From positions 9,052,001 to 9,116,000 of the forward strand of contig NW_027361711.1 in assembly GCF_039654945.1 (NCBI RefSeq): DNA of 64,000 bases, written 5' to 3'. The DNA comes from Dendrobates tinctorius. Its lineage: Eukaryota. Shown one piece after another: positions 38,605 through 51,128 of this stretch (the stretch's first letter is position 1; the number at the start of each line of letters is the position of its first letter). The position numbers were made by a program, and so were the translations under genes. The notes below the pieces were generated by a model that saw only the letters and a program-made list of their open reading frames with translations, had not been told where the DNA came from and searched no databases.

Positions 38605-41219
38605 CCCCTTTATCCCCGAGGGTGATTTGCACTTTAATGACCGGGCCAATTTTTACGATTCTGACCACTGTTGCTTTATGAGGTAATAACTCTGGAACGC
38701 TTCCATGGATCCTGGTTATTCTGACACTGTTTTCTCGAGACATATTGTACTTCATGTTAGTGGTAAAATTTCATTCCTATAACTTGCGTTTATTTGTTAA
38801 AAAAATGGAAATTTGGCGAAAATTTTGAAAATTTTGCAATTTTCCAACTTTGAATTTTTATGCCCTTAAATCACAGAGATATGGCACTCAAAAAAGTTAA
38901 TAAATAACATTTCCCACATTTTTACTTTACATCAGCACAATTTGGAACCAAAATTTTTTTTTGTTAGGAAGTTATAAGGGTTAAAAGTTGACCAGCGATT
39001 TCTCATTTTTACAACACCATTTTATTTTTAGGGACCACATCACATTTGAAGCCACTTTGAGGGGTCTATATGATAGAAAATACCCAAAAGTGACACCATT
39101 CTAAAAACTGCACCCCTCAAGGTGCTAAAAACCAGATTCAAGAAGTTTATTAACCCTTCAGGTGCTTCACAGGAATTTTTTGAATGTTTAAAAAAAATGA
39201 ACATTTAACTTTTTTCACCAAAAAATTACTTCAGGTCCAATTTTTTTTATTTTACCAAGGGTAACAGGAGAAATTGGACTGCAAAAGTTATTGTGCAGTT
39301 TGTCCTGAGTACGCTGATTCCTGATATGTGGGGGGAACCAGTGTTTTGGCGCAAGGCAGAGCTCAGAAGGGAAGGCGCGCCATTTGACTTTTTCAACCCA
39401 AAATTGACTGGTATTCAGATCGGACGCCATGTCACGTTTGGAGAGCCCCTGATGTGCCTAAACAGTGGAAACCCCCCACAAGTGACCACATTTTGGAAAC
39501 TAGACCCCCCCAAGGAACTTATCTAGATATGTGGTGAGAACTTTGAACCCCCAAGGGCTTCACAGAAGTTTATAACGTACAGCCGTACAATTAAAAAATC
39601 ATATTTTTTCCACAAAGATGATCTTTTCACCCCCAATTTGTATTTTCCCAAGGGTAACAGGACCCCAAAAGTAATTGTGCAATTTGTCCTGAGTACGCTG
39701 ATACCCCATATGTGGGAGTAAACGACTATATGGTCACATGGCAGAGCTCGGAAGGTAAGCAGCGCCATTTGACTTTTTTGGCTAGAATTGAGATCGGACA
39801 TCATGTCGCATTTGGAGAGCCCTTGATGTGTCAAAACAGTGGAAACCCCCCACAAATGACACTATTTTGGAAACTAGACCCCCGAAGGAACTTATCTAGA
39901 TGTGTGGTGAGCACTTTGAACCCCCAACAGCTTCACAGAAGTTTATAACGCCCTGGTGTGAAAATAAAAAAATCATATTTTTTCCACAAACTTGATCTTT
40001 TAGTCCCCAATTTTTTTATTTTACCAAGGGTAACAGGAGAAATTAGACCCCAAAAGTTGTTGTCCAATTTGTCCTGAGTACGCTGATATCCCATATGTGG
40101 GAGAAAACTACTGTATGGGCACAAGACGGGGCTCGGAAGGGAAGTAGTGATGTTTTGGAATGCAGACTTTGATGGAATGGTTTGCGGGTGTCATGTCACG
40201 TTTGGAGAGCTCCTGATGTGCCTAAACTGTGGAAACCCCCCACATGTGACCCCATTTTGGAAATTAGACACCCCAAGGAACTTATCTAGATGTGTGGTGA
40301 GCACTTTGAACCCCCAAGTGCTTCACAGAAGGTTATAACGTAGAGCCATAAAAATAAAAAATCATATTTTTATCCACAAAAAATGATATTTTTGCCCCCA
40401 ATTTTTTTCCCAAGGGTAACAGGAGAAATTGTACCCCAAAAGTTGTTGGGCAATTTGTCCTGAGTAGGCTGATACCCCATATGTAGGGGTAAACCACTGT
40501 TTGGGCGCATGGCAGAGCTTGGAAGGGGAGGAGCACCGTTTGACTTTTTGAACGCAGAATTGGCTGGAATTGAGATCAGGCGCCATGTTGCATTTGGAGA
40601 GCTCCTGATGTGCACAAACAGTGGAAACCCCCCAATTCTAACTCCAACTCTAACCCCAACATACCCCTAACCACAATCTCAGCCCTAACCCTAGCCCTAA
40701 CCCCAAGGGCAGTCTCACACGTCCAGATAATTCTGGTCCGTGTGTCCGTGTGGATACGTAGGCCATCCGTGTGCTGTCCGTGTGTCACGTCCGTGTGGTG
40801 TCCGTGTGCTGTCTGTGTCACAAAGCTATTGACGCACATGGATCACACACGGACTGCACACGGACGTGATCCGTGTGCGGTACGTGTTTACACGCACCCA
40901 TTGACTTGTATGGGTCCGTGTGATCCGTGCTGTCACACAAAAACGGACATGTCAGCGTATTTTGCACACGGACACACGGTCCATGAAAACACGCTGATAT
41001 GTGCATAGACCCATTTTTGCAATTTCACCGCACTTGGAATTTTTCTTCCGTTTTCGAGTACACGACGTGGTAAAATGCATGGTGTCGTTCAAAAGTACAA
41101 CTCGTCCCACAAAACATAAGCCCTCACATGGCTATATTGACGGAAAAATAAAAAAGTTATGGCTCTCGAAAGAAGGGAAGCAAAAAAAAAAATCGAAAAA
41201 AGCTCTGGTCATGAAAGGA
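38605..41219 (+). mobile_element. piggyBac-like non-autonomous element with ~370-390-bp tandem units
   Basis: ATAA|CCCCTT start, degenerate AAGGA|TTGA end; about 4 repeat units; CCCTAA tract at 40630-40705; nested partial MITE at ~40706-41010. Confidence 0.8.
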
Positions 41220-43361
41220 TTGAGTAAAAAACGAAAGTTTTCCCCACAAATACACAACGGCACAGACAATGGTAGACAGACTGTAATACAAGTCATGTGC
41301 TATATCCTTCATGACACTGCTATGTGATTGTGGCCTCAGGCCACGTTCACTCAAACATTCAAACTTATATTAAATGATTCTTGCAAACGCAATATCCGGA
41401 TCATCTGTAAGTCTGCTGACCCAAATTAAATGCTTCATAGGCATGTAAGTCAGGAGACCCTCAGTTGTTCAGGATATTGTGGTCCGTACATGAACCATGT
41501 AATGCATTAGTGCGAAGAAAGCCAAAGCTACACTCACACATCCATTTTTCCCCATCCATGTGTTTTCAGTTTTCAACAGTACATTTATTTCTTTTTCTCA
41601 CTTATAAAGCGCCATTAATTCCACAGCACTTTTCACACATCATTGGCACTGCATTAACACATAGTTTCCCATTCATCAAAGTTTTTACATCCAAAAAATG
41701 ACGTAAAAGCTGCTAAAGTTTGTCGCAACTTGGAACTGCCCCCAAATTTTGCAACTTTTGCCATTTTCATGCCAGTTTCTCCCAGCTTTGCCACAGTTTG
41801 TATATTTTTCATGACATGCTGTGGCATTCACACCGCCAGAAATCTCACTCCAGTCCCTGACTGGAGTAAAATTTCTGGCATGACGCCCAACACACAAGTC
41901 ACCGATCAAGCGCTCCAGTTTGATGAAGAAGTGTGCAGCTATTCACAAATCAGGAGCATCTGACTCCACCACATCAAGACCGATGAGAAAATCGCCAATC
42001 TTGATTAATGGAGGCCATAAGAGCTTATCTAACAGATCTCTGTGTCTATTCCATTAAAAGGTGCAAAAAAACCCAGAAGATATCAATTTTCCATCCAATT
42101 TTAAGTGCTCTATTGCTATGTGGCAAAAAAAAAAAAAATAGAGATTATCACCTCCAGATTTTAAAAACAGATGAAAAAAACATGGAAGCAAAATGGAAGT
42201 GTGACACCCCAGAGAGCGGTTGCCACAGTGACATTACCTCCCTCTAATGGGTAAAGTCATGCTTGGAGGCAGAAAGGGACCCCCATGCCAGGTAATAGAA
42301 AAAAATCACAATTTCCTGCTGCAGGTCAGAAAAGGGAGCTGCCTTATAAATTCTGGCCAGCAGAGGGGGTTGGTGAGTCAGCTAGAAATCAGCTGAGGGG
42401 GTTGTCATGGAAACGAAGCAGCTGTGAGCTGTGAGGAGAAATGATGACAGTTTAAACGTGAGGACGTGAGGTAAAGCGATCTTTCTGGAAGATCCTGTCA
42501 GATGAAGACAGGGAGCGGATCTGTGAAGAGGGAAAGGACAAGAGCAGAGATTGAGAGACTCTAGGGAAGCTAAAATACTGCATATAGCAGACCCCTGAGT
42601 GAAGCGCTAATAAAGAGAAAAGGGACATCAGAGTCCTAGGCTGACAGGAGCTGTAAGTCCTGATAGCCGAATCTGAAAGTTCAGGGGATTGTGAATTCCT
42701 GTGCATATTAATCACCTGAGGGCACATCAGCAGATAAGGAGCCCGGGGCCGACGGTGAAGAGAACGGCCCCGGGGTCGACGGTGAAGAGAACGGTACTCG
42801 TGGAGTAGGCTCATGCTGACAGCCGTACAGGTTAGTGAAACCATCACGAATAGAGGGTCACCAGTGGCGGATTAAGTGGACTATGGGCCCGGGGCTGTTC
42901 ATAAAACCTGGGCCCCTGTACCCCACTTCCCAGGAAAACATTTTCTGTCAAAATTTTGTGGCTCTTCTCACAAAAACACTGCATATGCTGATTTTTAGGT
43001 ATACAAATTGTAACATTTATTAGACCATAAAAACAAAGAAAAATTACTTTTTTCTCACAAGAAATTGTATTGTATGGTCAAACAATATAAATAATATTAA
43101 ATCGGCTGTTCCCGAATTTGGCGCCCCCCCGGGCGGTGAATGGCCTGCTCGGATGCGGGGTCTGGAAAGGAATAAAATGGCCGCGCTTGGGAGGGGGTAC
43201 CGGCCTGGCCAGCTACTGGTTAGGGATGTTAATGATTAATCACACAGTCACAGACAGACATTCATTTCTGACACACTGCCAGCGACAGTGCTCCCAGGCA
43301 GCACAGACAGTAATGTGCAGGCTCAGCTCCGCCTCCTCTGCCCCTGGCCGCAGTATAAGTT

Positions 43362-43365
<4 letters not shown>

Positions 43366-43419
<54 letters not shown>

Positions 43420-43982
43420 ATACCAAATGGAACAATTCGCAATGTACCCCAGGCGAGTCACCATTTGTAAAATTATGACTCAAAGGGGATCGATAATGGA
43501 CACTCCCACATAACATGTTAACACAAAAAAATGGAGTGAAAGTCCAAAATATTTTAGAAACGTAAGAAATTTATTATACATAAAAATCGTACTGACAATT
43601 ATAAACAACATCTACAATGAAGGAATCGGGTAATATCAGCTGCTAATTGTCCTGTCCATATAATATTAAGTGAAAAGGAGCCAAGTGCTTCTTGTAATGA
43701 TGGGCCATAAAACCGGGACACAAAGTGTAGGGAAGAACCCAGGTGCGCACCCTGAGGAACAACCCCGATATCCCATGCTAAAGTGCTTACCCATCATGTG
43801 CTCCAGTCTCCAGGACAAGTGCAGCTCCGCCACGCTGCACTTGCGCTGGTGGTGGCGCTGCACTTGTCCTGGAGCACATGATGGGTAAGCACTTTAGCAC
43901 GGGATAACGGGGTTGTTCCTCAAATAAATTTCTTACGTTTCTAAAATATTTTGGACTTTCACTCCATTTTTTTGTGTTAACA
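43366..43982. mobile_element. Insertion with (AT)n head and nested inverted repeats (Penelope-like?)
   Basis: 12-bp direct repeat TATAAGTTACAC at 43354-65 and 43983-94; inverted pairs 43515-43575/43923-43983 and 43753-43825/43857-43922. Confidence 0.55.
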
Positions 43983-43997
43983 TATAAGTTACACTTA

Positions 43998-44241
43998 GGC
44001 TGTGTGCACACGCTATGGATTAGGTGCGGATTCATCCGCGCGGATTTTGTAAAATCCGCAGGTGAAACCGCAGGTCAAAATACCTGCGGTTTTACCTGCG
44101 GATTGCTCTGCGGTTTTGCCCTGCGGTTTTTCATCTCCTCAATAGAGGAGATGGCAAACCGCAGGAGAATCCGCAGAAAGAATTGACATGTCAAAAACCG
44201 CTGCGGAACCGCAGCAAAATCCGCAGTGTGTGCACACAGCC
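43998..44241. mobile_element. Harbinger-like MITE
   Basis: TTA TSD; TIR GGCTGTGTGCACAC. Confidence 0.9.
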
Positions 44242-45251
44242 TTACACAGGCTGCCTGCGACGGCCTGGCTGCTGTGTGTGTGAGTGTGAGTGACTCTGTG
44301 TGACACTGAGGAAGGAAGCCGCCCGCAGGGAGAGCTCAGCAGCTGACTGAGCATGGAGGGAGGCTGGGGAGAGGCAGAGAGCATCCTCCTCCCAAATGGT
44401 GAGTGACCTGTGACCCACCTGCGCTAGCCGCTGCCAAAATCTCCTGCTAATACTCAGTCTTCTTCTCTCCTCACTGTGACTCGGCCGGCCGCCTCCACGC
44501 TTCTCTCCCGAGTCCCACAGCACAGAGAGGAGGAATTTCTGCTCCTGCCGTGCTGCGCCGCCCCCACACACGTGCCGCCTGGGGCGGCCCGCCCCCCCCG
44601 CAACCCCCTTCCCACGCCACTGGGCGGCGGCGGCTCACACAGATGCCGACCGGATTGGCCCCTACCCTGGGCCCCCAAAAAACCTTGGGCCCGGGGTGAC
44701 CGCCCCATCCGCCCCTATTAAGATCCGCCACTGAGGGTCACAGCATAGTTATATACAGCGGAGACCCACACACAAATCGCAGAAAGGAAGGTCCTAAATC
44801 CCCACCTGGCAAGGTGGATCCCCTGAATGCCTCCAGGCGAGCCGGACTCATTCCATCACCTGTATGTGGTACTCCGGATTACAACCAATTACCAGTAAAA
44901 ACATAAAGAAACTGCACCTCTCTGTGCCTTTCTCTCATTTATCTGCACCCCAACGGTAACAGCCACTTTTACTATTTATTTAACATCTTTGCCCTGGGAC
45001 TACAGCCCTACCTGTGGAGGGCTACAACATCATCGCTGCGCCCAACATCCATCCCAGAGAAGCAACACCGCAGCGCTGGTCACCTCTGACTAGAATACCA
45101 CAGGTGGCGTCACGTATTTCACCATCTAATAACTTTATTTTCATTTTTACCACATAAATACCACACAACTTTCCCCTATTTTATTGCTGGACTCCATGGA
45201 AGTCGACGGGCCGGGTACCGAGTACCCCCAGGCCCTGCGGGGTGCTCCAAC

Positions 45252-45270
45252 TGGCGTCACAAACAGGATT
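45252..45270 (+). promoter_or_regulatory. Primer binding site, tRNA-Ser(CGA)-like
   Basis: TGGCGTCACAAACAGGATT 2 nt after the LTR end; 18/19 match to the complement of the vertebrate tRNA-Ser(CGA) 3' end as recalled. Confidence 0.75.
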
Positions 45271-45452
45271 TAGCGAGCCTAGCAAAGCTGGGTACTGTGT
45301 GCCATAGACTTTATTAAATTGAGTGCTAAAGATTTAACTGAGCTTTCAAGTAACCGCCAAAACTGCGTCACACAGTGTGTGCGAGCAGAGAGGGGCATGC
45401 CAGTGAAGCTGGAGTTGCGCTCTATTGAGAGCAGGTAAAAAGCAGGAAGAAA

Positions 45453-46385
45453 ATGCCCAACGAGGGTGAAGATTCAGCGGCGTTCGCAGCCGCAGCCTCC
45501 ATATTGCCGCTATCAATGCCATATATACCAGGAGCAGCCTGGTTACCACAGTACTCAGGGGAGTCGCACACCCTGAGCGATTTTAAAGAAAGACTGCAGT
45601 TTGTTCAAAGTGTACCCCCTGTCAGAAAGCCAAAAAGTCATTATCCTCATTGGCCAGTTAACTGGTGCGGCCGAGAGGGAGGTAAAGTCCTGGCCGGACA
45701 CTGATAAAAGAACTGTCAAACAAATCTTAGCCAGGCTGAAAGACACTTTTGATACCTATACTGCAACAGAGATAAAAATGAGATTTTTTTGGGTGCAAAC
45801 AGAGAGTGCAGGACAGTATATGGGACTATGCCCTTAATCTTCAGGAGGCACTACGGGCTGTAAAGCAGGTTGATCCTGAGAGCGTGCAAGATGAAGAAAG
45901 ATTATTAACAGAGCAGTTCATAGAGGGACTCCAGTCTAACAACCAAAGGACACAGCTGCGCATAATGGCCCTACAAAATCCTGAATTGGACTTTGCACAC
46001 TTTAAGGATAGAGCCATCAGAGTGCTGCGTGAACCGAATCCTAGCAGCACAGAGCCCTCTAAGCATCCAGCAATTACATACCAGCAGGAGGCAGCATCCT
46101 TCAAAAGACCTCTATTGAGACTGACAAGCCGTCCCAAGATGATGATTCTGCTGCAGACTTACGTCTCGAAGTCAAGGAACTAACCAAAAGTGTGGCTACA
46201 CTCACAAAAACTGTGCAGTCCCTGCAAGTGACTCCAAAGAAGAAGATCCAGCTGGCCTCCAGTCCAGAAGACGTCCCATGGCGACTGCAGAAGAGGATCC
46301 CACCGACCAGAGGGAGAGACAGCGATCGTTACAATGAGGACGGACAGCCCATCTGTTGCCGCTGCAACAAGGCGGGACACCTCAC
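45453..46385 (+). pseudogene. gag: Gypsy gag (PNMA-like capsid + truncated zinc knuckle), frameshifted
   Basis: LIGQLTGAAEREVK, DYALNLQEAL, LTEQFIEGL, ICCRCNKAGH across 4 frames downstream of LTR/PBS; element truncated after the knuckle. Confidence 0.82.
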
Positions 46386-46586
46386 ATTTTCTCCAACACA
46401 TCCAGGAATAATGCAGTTATAGAAAAAGAGGTGCATGAGATGGATCAGCATAGTGGATATGTTGGACTCCATATTTTTAATGACTAAATTACATCAATAC
46501 ATCTCCCATGTTGTGTACAGAGGATTGCATAAAGCCTAATTCTCACCAATGTCGTCTGCGATTTTCAAACTTGACAAACCTGACAG

Positions 46587-47820
46587 TAGTGATGTGCGAA
46601 CATGCTCAGATAAGATGATATCATATCTGAGCATGCTCGCGTGTTAACTGAGTGACTTTGATGTGCACGAAAAATATGTTTCTGTCCCCACAGCTGCTTG
46701 TCTCGCGGCTGTAAATCCGGTTTCACATGAAAAAAAGTGGTTCCTGGAGATGACAGTGTCCATGTGTCTATGTGTGTAATACCTGCGGCACATGTGTGAC
46801 AACCGTGTGACACTTCAGTACAACATGGATGGGCACCAGGGAAGAAGCAGTACGGTAAGCGCTGTTCCCAGGCTCCAAGTGCTGAAGACAGCTCTCATAA
46901 TTCTCCCATGCTCTGCCAGTAATCAGAGCAAGCAGGGGAGAATGATGAGAGTTATATTATATTGATAACAATGACAGCAAGCGACAGCTGATGGGACTAT
47001 TACTCCTATCAGCCTACACCTGCTGCCGCTAATATCAGTGAGAGCAGGAGCGGCTGATGGGCGTATTCCTCACCCGTCGCCTGCGCTTTAAATAAATAAA
47101 AAACGGCATGGGTTCCCCTGTGTTTTCTATAACCAGCCAGGCAAAACTCAAAGCTGGGGGCTACAACACTTATCTGTCAGCTTCAGCAAGGCTGGTTATC
47201 AAGCATTGAGGGGAACCCATACAGGTTTTTTCTTTTATTTATTTATTTATACCGCAGGTGGCAGGTGATGAATACTCCCATCAGCTGCTCCTGCTGTCAC
47301 TGTTATTAGCAGCAGCAGGTGTAGGCTGATGGGAGTAATAGTCCAATCAGACGCCGCCTAATGTCATTGTTCTCCCTTGAATATAACTCTCATCATTCTC
47401 CCCTGCTCGTGCTGATTGCCGGTAGAGTAGGGGAGAATGATGAGAACCATCTTCAGCACCCGCCGGGGAATAACGCTTACTGTACCACTTCTCAGGTGCT
47501 GGGACGTGTCACACAGATGACATCTCAGTGTGTTTTGCAGCCTTTGCTGCCGGTAAAAATTGGACATGTCTATATGTGGGTCACACGGACACACGGTCTG
47601 TGGAAACACATGGAAATGTGCACATTTCATGTGTCTACGTGCGTCAGTGTCTCCGGCACGTTTTAAAACTGCCACCACACGTACTGAAGACACGGATGTG
47701 TGAAAGAGCCCTTAGACAGCTGCAACATATGCAAACATTATTTGAGCATGCCGAAGTCACTCGGTTAGCACACGAGCATGCTCGGATAACACCTTATCTG
47801 AGCACGCTCGCTCATCACTA
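46587..47820. mobile_element. hAT-like MITE containing a nested Harbinger-like element (~46715-47711)
   Basis: TAGTGATG(T/A)GCGA termini; 8-bp TSD CCTGACAG (46579-86, 47821-28). Confidence 0.88.
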
Positions 47821-47899
47821 CCTGACAGCGGATACACGCTGCTGATCCACAGGCAGCATGTATCAGCCACTAACTGTATGATCTCAGATAGGTAAGTTT

Positions 47900-48161
47900 T
47901 AGTGATGAGCGAATATATTTGGCACTATTCGTTACTCGAACGAAGAGTACGGTATTCGGGCTATTCGCTACTTGGCGAGTAATTAGGTATTTGCAACAGT
48001 ATATTCAAGTGACCTTCCCAGCATGTATGTCGCTTTATTTGCAGCCAATGAACATGCTGGGCTGGCTTGCCAGTCACAGTAATGCCACCGCCATCTATGG
48101 TGTGGAAATTATTTGTGCCGATTTTCACAAATCCGAATATTTCACTATTTGATCATCACTA
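47900..48161. mobile_element. hAT-like MITE
   Basis: TAGTGATGA termini; 8-bp TSD GTAAGTTT. Confidence 0.88.
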
Positions 48162-48277
48162 GTAAGTTTTACTCTGAAACAGTGTGACTTTTCAGGGAAA
48201 AACAAATACCTGCCTGGTACCAAGCCATGCTGTAGACTAGTTGGACAGGCGGGTCTCAGCAGCTTCTCACATGAGTG

Positions 48278-49898
48278 TGTGGCGCCCCTGAGGCTCAGTC
48301 GCCACAGAGGTACTGCACCTCCTCCTGAGGTGTGGTGCCCCACCATCCAGGTAAGGTGGGAACTCCTGACTAGAGTTGAGCGAATTTGGTTGGATCGGGT
48401 TTCATGAAACCAAATTTGTTTCAGATGAAACTAGTCCGACTAGGGCAAAAAAAAAGTCAGAGTTTCGTCCGAAACCCAACCCCAGTGCAAGTCGATGAAT
48501 GTCATCCACTCAATGCCGACTTTTATTTCCCATTGCCTTGCATTGGGGTTGGGTTTCGGCCGAAACTCCAACTTTTTTTTGCCCTAGTCGGACTAGTTTC
48601 ATCTGAAACAATTTTTGTTTCATGAAACCCAATCCGACCAAAGTCGCTCAACTCTACTCCTGACCACGCTCCAACACTCGCATCCCACACAACACATTAG
48701 TTCAGCAAAGCCATATTGCGGCTCCCTTCTTGGAGTGTAGCAGAGCACCTTTGGTGGCTCCCTGCTTGGAACACTAAACATGCTGGGAGGCGGGTGGAGC
48801 TAGAATACATAAAAGAGCAGGAAGGTATAGGATGTCAGGTCAGTCAGTCAGTCAGAGAGTCACTCAGAGAGGAGTGAGGAGAGAGGATCCCTGAGAGAGG
48901 GATGGAGGAAGGAGTGCTGCAGCTGCCTCAGTGATCTGAGCCAGCTGGCACAGGAAAGGAAAGAAGGAGAAAGCCATTAAACAGAAACCTGATCTTCCAT
49001 AAAAAGGAAAGACAAGTGCAGAACGTAGGAGTAAAAAGGAACAGAGGACGTGGGTTAGAGGAAGAACCCTGCCTAGAAGTTCTAAGCGCAAGGCCGGGTC
49101 CACGTCCCCGAGGTTGTATGGACACTAATGGTTCTGCAGCAGACACCGGTGGAGTATTGGGCTGTAAATGCACTACTCCCATCTAAGACTTGGGGCACAA
49201 CAGCAACATTGATAGTGAGCCAGGACTCAGGAGTAAGGAGTCCCCAAAGCAGGCTACAGCTGTCTGCCGTACAAGTAGAGTTCTTGGGAACATCTGTTAG
49301 GAGGCACTCCAGTGTAACTCAGTACTAGGAGTACTTCACACCTAAAGGCGCTATAAGAGGAGACGTTCAGAAAGGCACATGTTGGCGGAGTGTTGGAAGG
49401 GAGCCTTCCATCTGGCCTGGAGGTTGATTGAGTCCCTGACCGGGAGGACACAGCACGGAGGCAGGCATCGGTGTGTACCACAGACTGTGAGTAAAGCTTT
49501 GGAACTACAAGCCCTGGTGTCCTCCATTCATTCCTGCGCCAACACCCCTGGTACCGCTACATCTGGGTACCAGCTTCTACACTGTCTGCACCTCTCCTCT
49601 ACCCCTACATCTATACTGCCGTGGAGCCGCAGCTCCACCTGTGGGGAGCTTCACCATCTTGGCTGCAACACACCACCAGCCGCAGAGGATCTGCATGCAG
49701 CGTCGGCTTAACATCTCACTTGCCGAACATCACAGGTGGCGTCACAAACTATTCATTTAACTACATTCCACTATTGCAATCCCCCCTGTTTGCCATGGAG
49801 CCCCAGGGCCATGGGCTGGGTCACAGCTTCCATGACAACTCCCATTGAAATCAACAGGCCCGGTACCGAGTACCCCGCTAGCCCTGGCGGGCGCTCCA
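48278..49898 (+). mobile_element. Solo LTR (Gypsy-type)
   Basis: TGTGGCGCCC ... GGGCGCTCCA termini; homologous over its length to 51129-52391 (inverted). Confidence 0.85.
48371..48656. mobile_element. hAT-like palindromic MITE inserted in the solo LTR
   Basis: TIR TAGAGTTGAGCGA; 8-bp TSD CTCCTGAC; absent from the sister LTR. Confidence 0.93.
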
Positions 49899-49938
49899 TT
49901 CGGCTGAAATCAAGCAGGATAATCTGATACATGCTGCC

Positions 49939-50756
49939 CATTTGACTTTTTGAATGTAAAATTTGATGAAATAATTAGCGGACTCAATGTCGCGTTTGAA
50001 GAGCCCCTGATGCACCTAAACAGTGGAAACCCCCCACAAGTGACCCCATTTTGGAAACTAAACCCCTTATGGAACTTATCTAGATATGTATTGAGCACCT
50101 TGAACCCACAGGTGCTTCACAGAAGTTTATAGCGTACAGCCGTGGAAATAAAAAAATCATATTTTTCCCAAATAAATCTTTTTTAGCTCCATATTTTGCA
50201 TTTTCATGAGGGTAACAGGAGAAATTGCTTCATACAACTTGTTGTGCGATTTCTCCTGAGTATGCCGATACCCCATATATGGGGGAAAACCACTGTTTCT
50301 GCGCATGGCAGGGCTTTTCAGTGCAAAAACAGAATGAGCAAAAACCAGCAATTCAGGAATTGTTTTTTTTTTATACCGTTCCGCATGTGGTAAAATTGGT
50401 ATGGCAGCTTTATTCTTCAGGTTATTACGATTACAGCAATACCCCATTTATATAATTTTTTTCTGTTTTGACACTTTTGCATAATAAAAACTATTCTATA
50501 GAAAAAAAAATATTTTTGCATTGCTTTATTCTGAGAGCAAAAACTTTTTTATTTTTCTGCTGATGGAGCTGTATGCCTAGCACAGATCGTGGACGTTGCT
50601 GCGGGGTGTCAGCTGTCACATACACCTGACACCCACACCCGATCGCCGTGGCGCTCAGCGTGAGGCCGCGGTGATCGTGCCACCCTACTAGTACTGCTGC
50701 AGGCAGAAATGCAGTTCCCACAGAGCAGTACTAGTACTGCGAGAGTCGTGAAGGGG
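49939..50756 (+). mobile_element. piggyBac-like element 3' fragment
   Basis: One repeat unit of the same family; ends AAGGGG|TTAA. Confidence 0.7.
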
Positions 50757-51128
50757 TTAATCTCCCTGTGAGGAATTTATACTCTGTTAAATTAAATTGT
50801 TAAACTTGTCAACCCTTGCTCTGTCTCCTGTCCGTCACCGCATCCCGCAATATGCTTACATCCATTCAAGAGTTATCAAAAGAAACGATTCGGAAAGCAC
50901 AATGGGAAGATTAAGTGATTAGCAGAATTCTACCTTATGTGGAACAAAATTGGATTCTGAGTAAGTGAGAGAGCGTTACGGAGTGAACAGTAGTAACTGT
51001 CTTATTTAAAGAATGGGCGAAGCTCTATTTCAGCATAGATGGTTTCCTGCATCGCAAAAGAGGACAGAAACGACAGTTAGAATACCTGGAATATATGATC
51101 GGATGGTCCTCAAAGAACTCCATAAATA

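Larger units (their letters stand above)
42862..44733. mobile_element. Non-autonomous hAT element nested in the LTR
   Basis: Perfect 11-bp TIR CAGTGGCGGAT; 8-bp TSD AGGGTCAC (42854-61, 44734-41). Confidence 0.92.
42200..45249 (+). mobile_element. 5' LTR of a Gypsy element (~1.17 kb once the nested hAT element is removed)
   Basis: TGTGACACCCC ... GGGGTGCTCCA termini; followed by PBS and gag. Confidence 0.8.

Noticed and set aside
43366-43982. Hammerhead ribozyme in the Penelope-like insert
   Set aside because: No CTGANGA...GAAA core with supporting stems found by eye; needs an Infernal search
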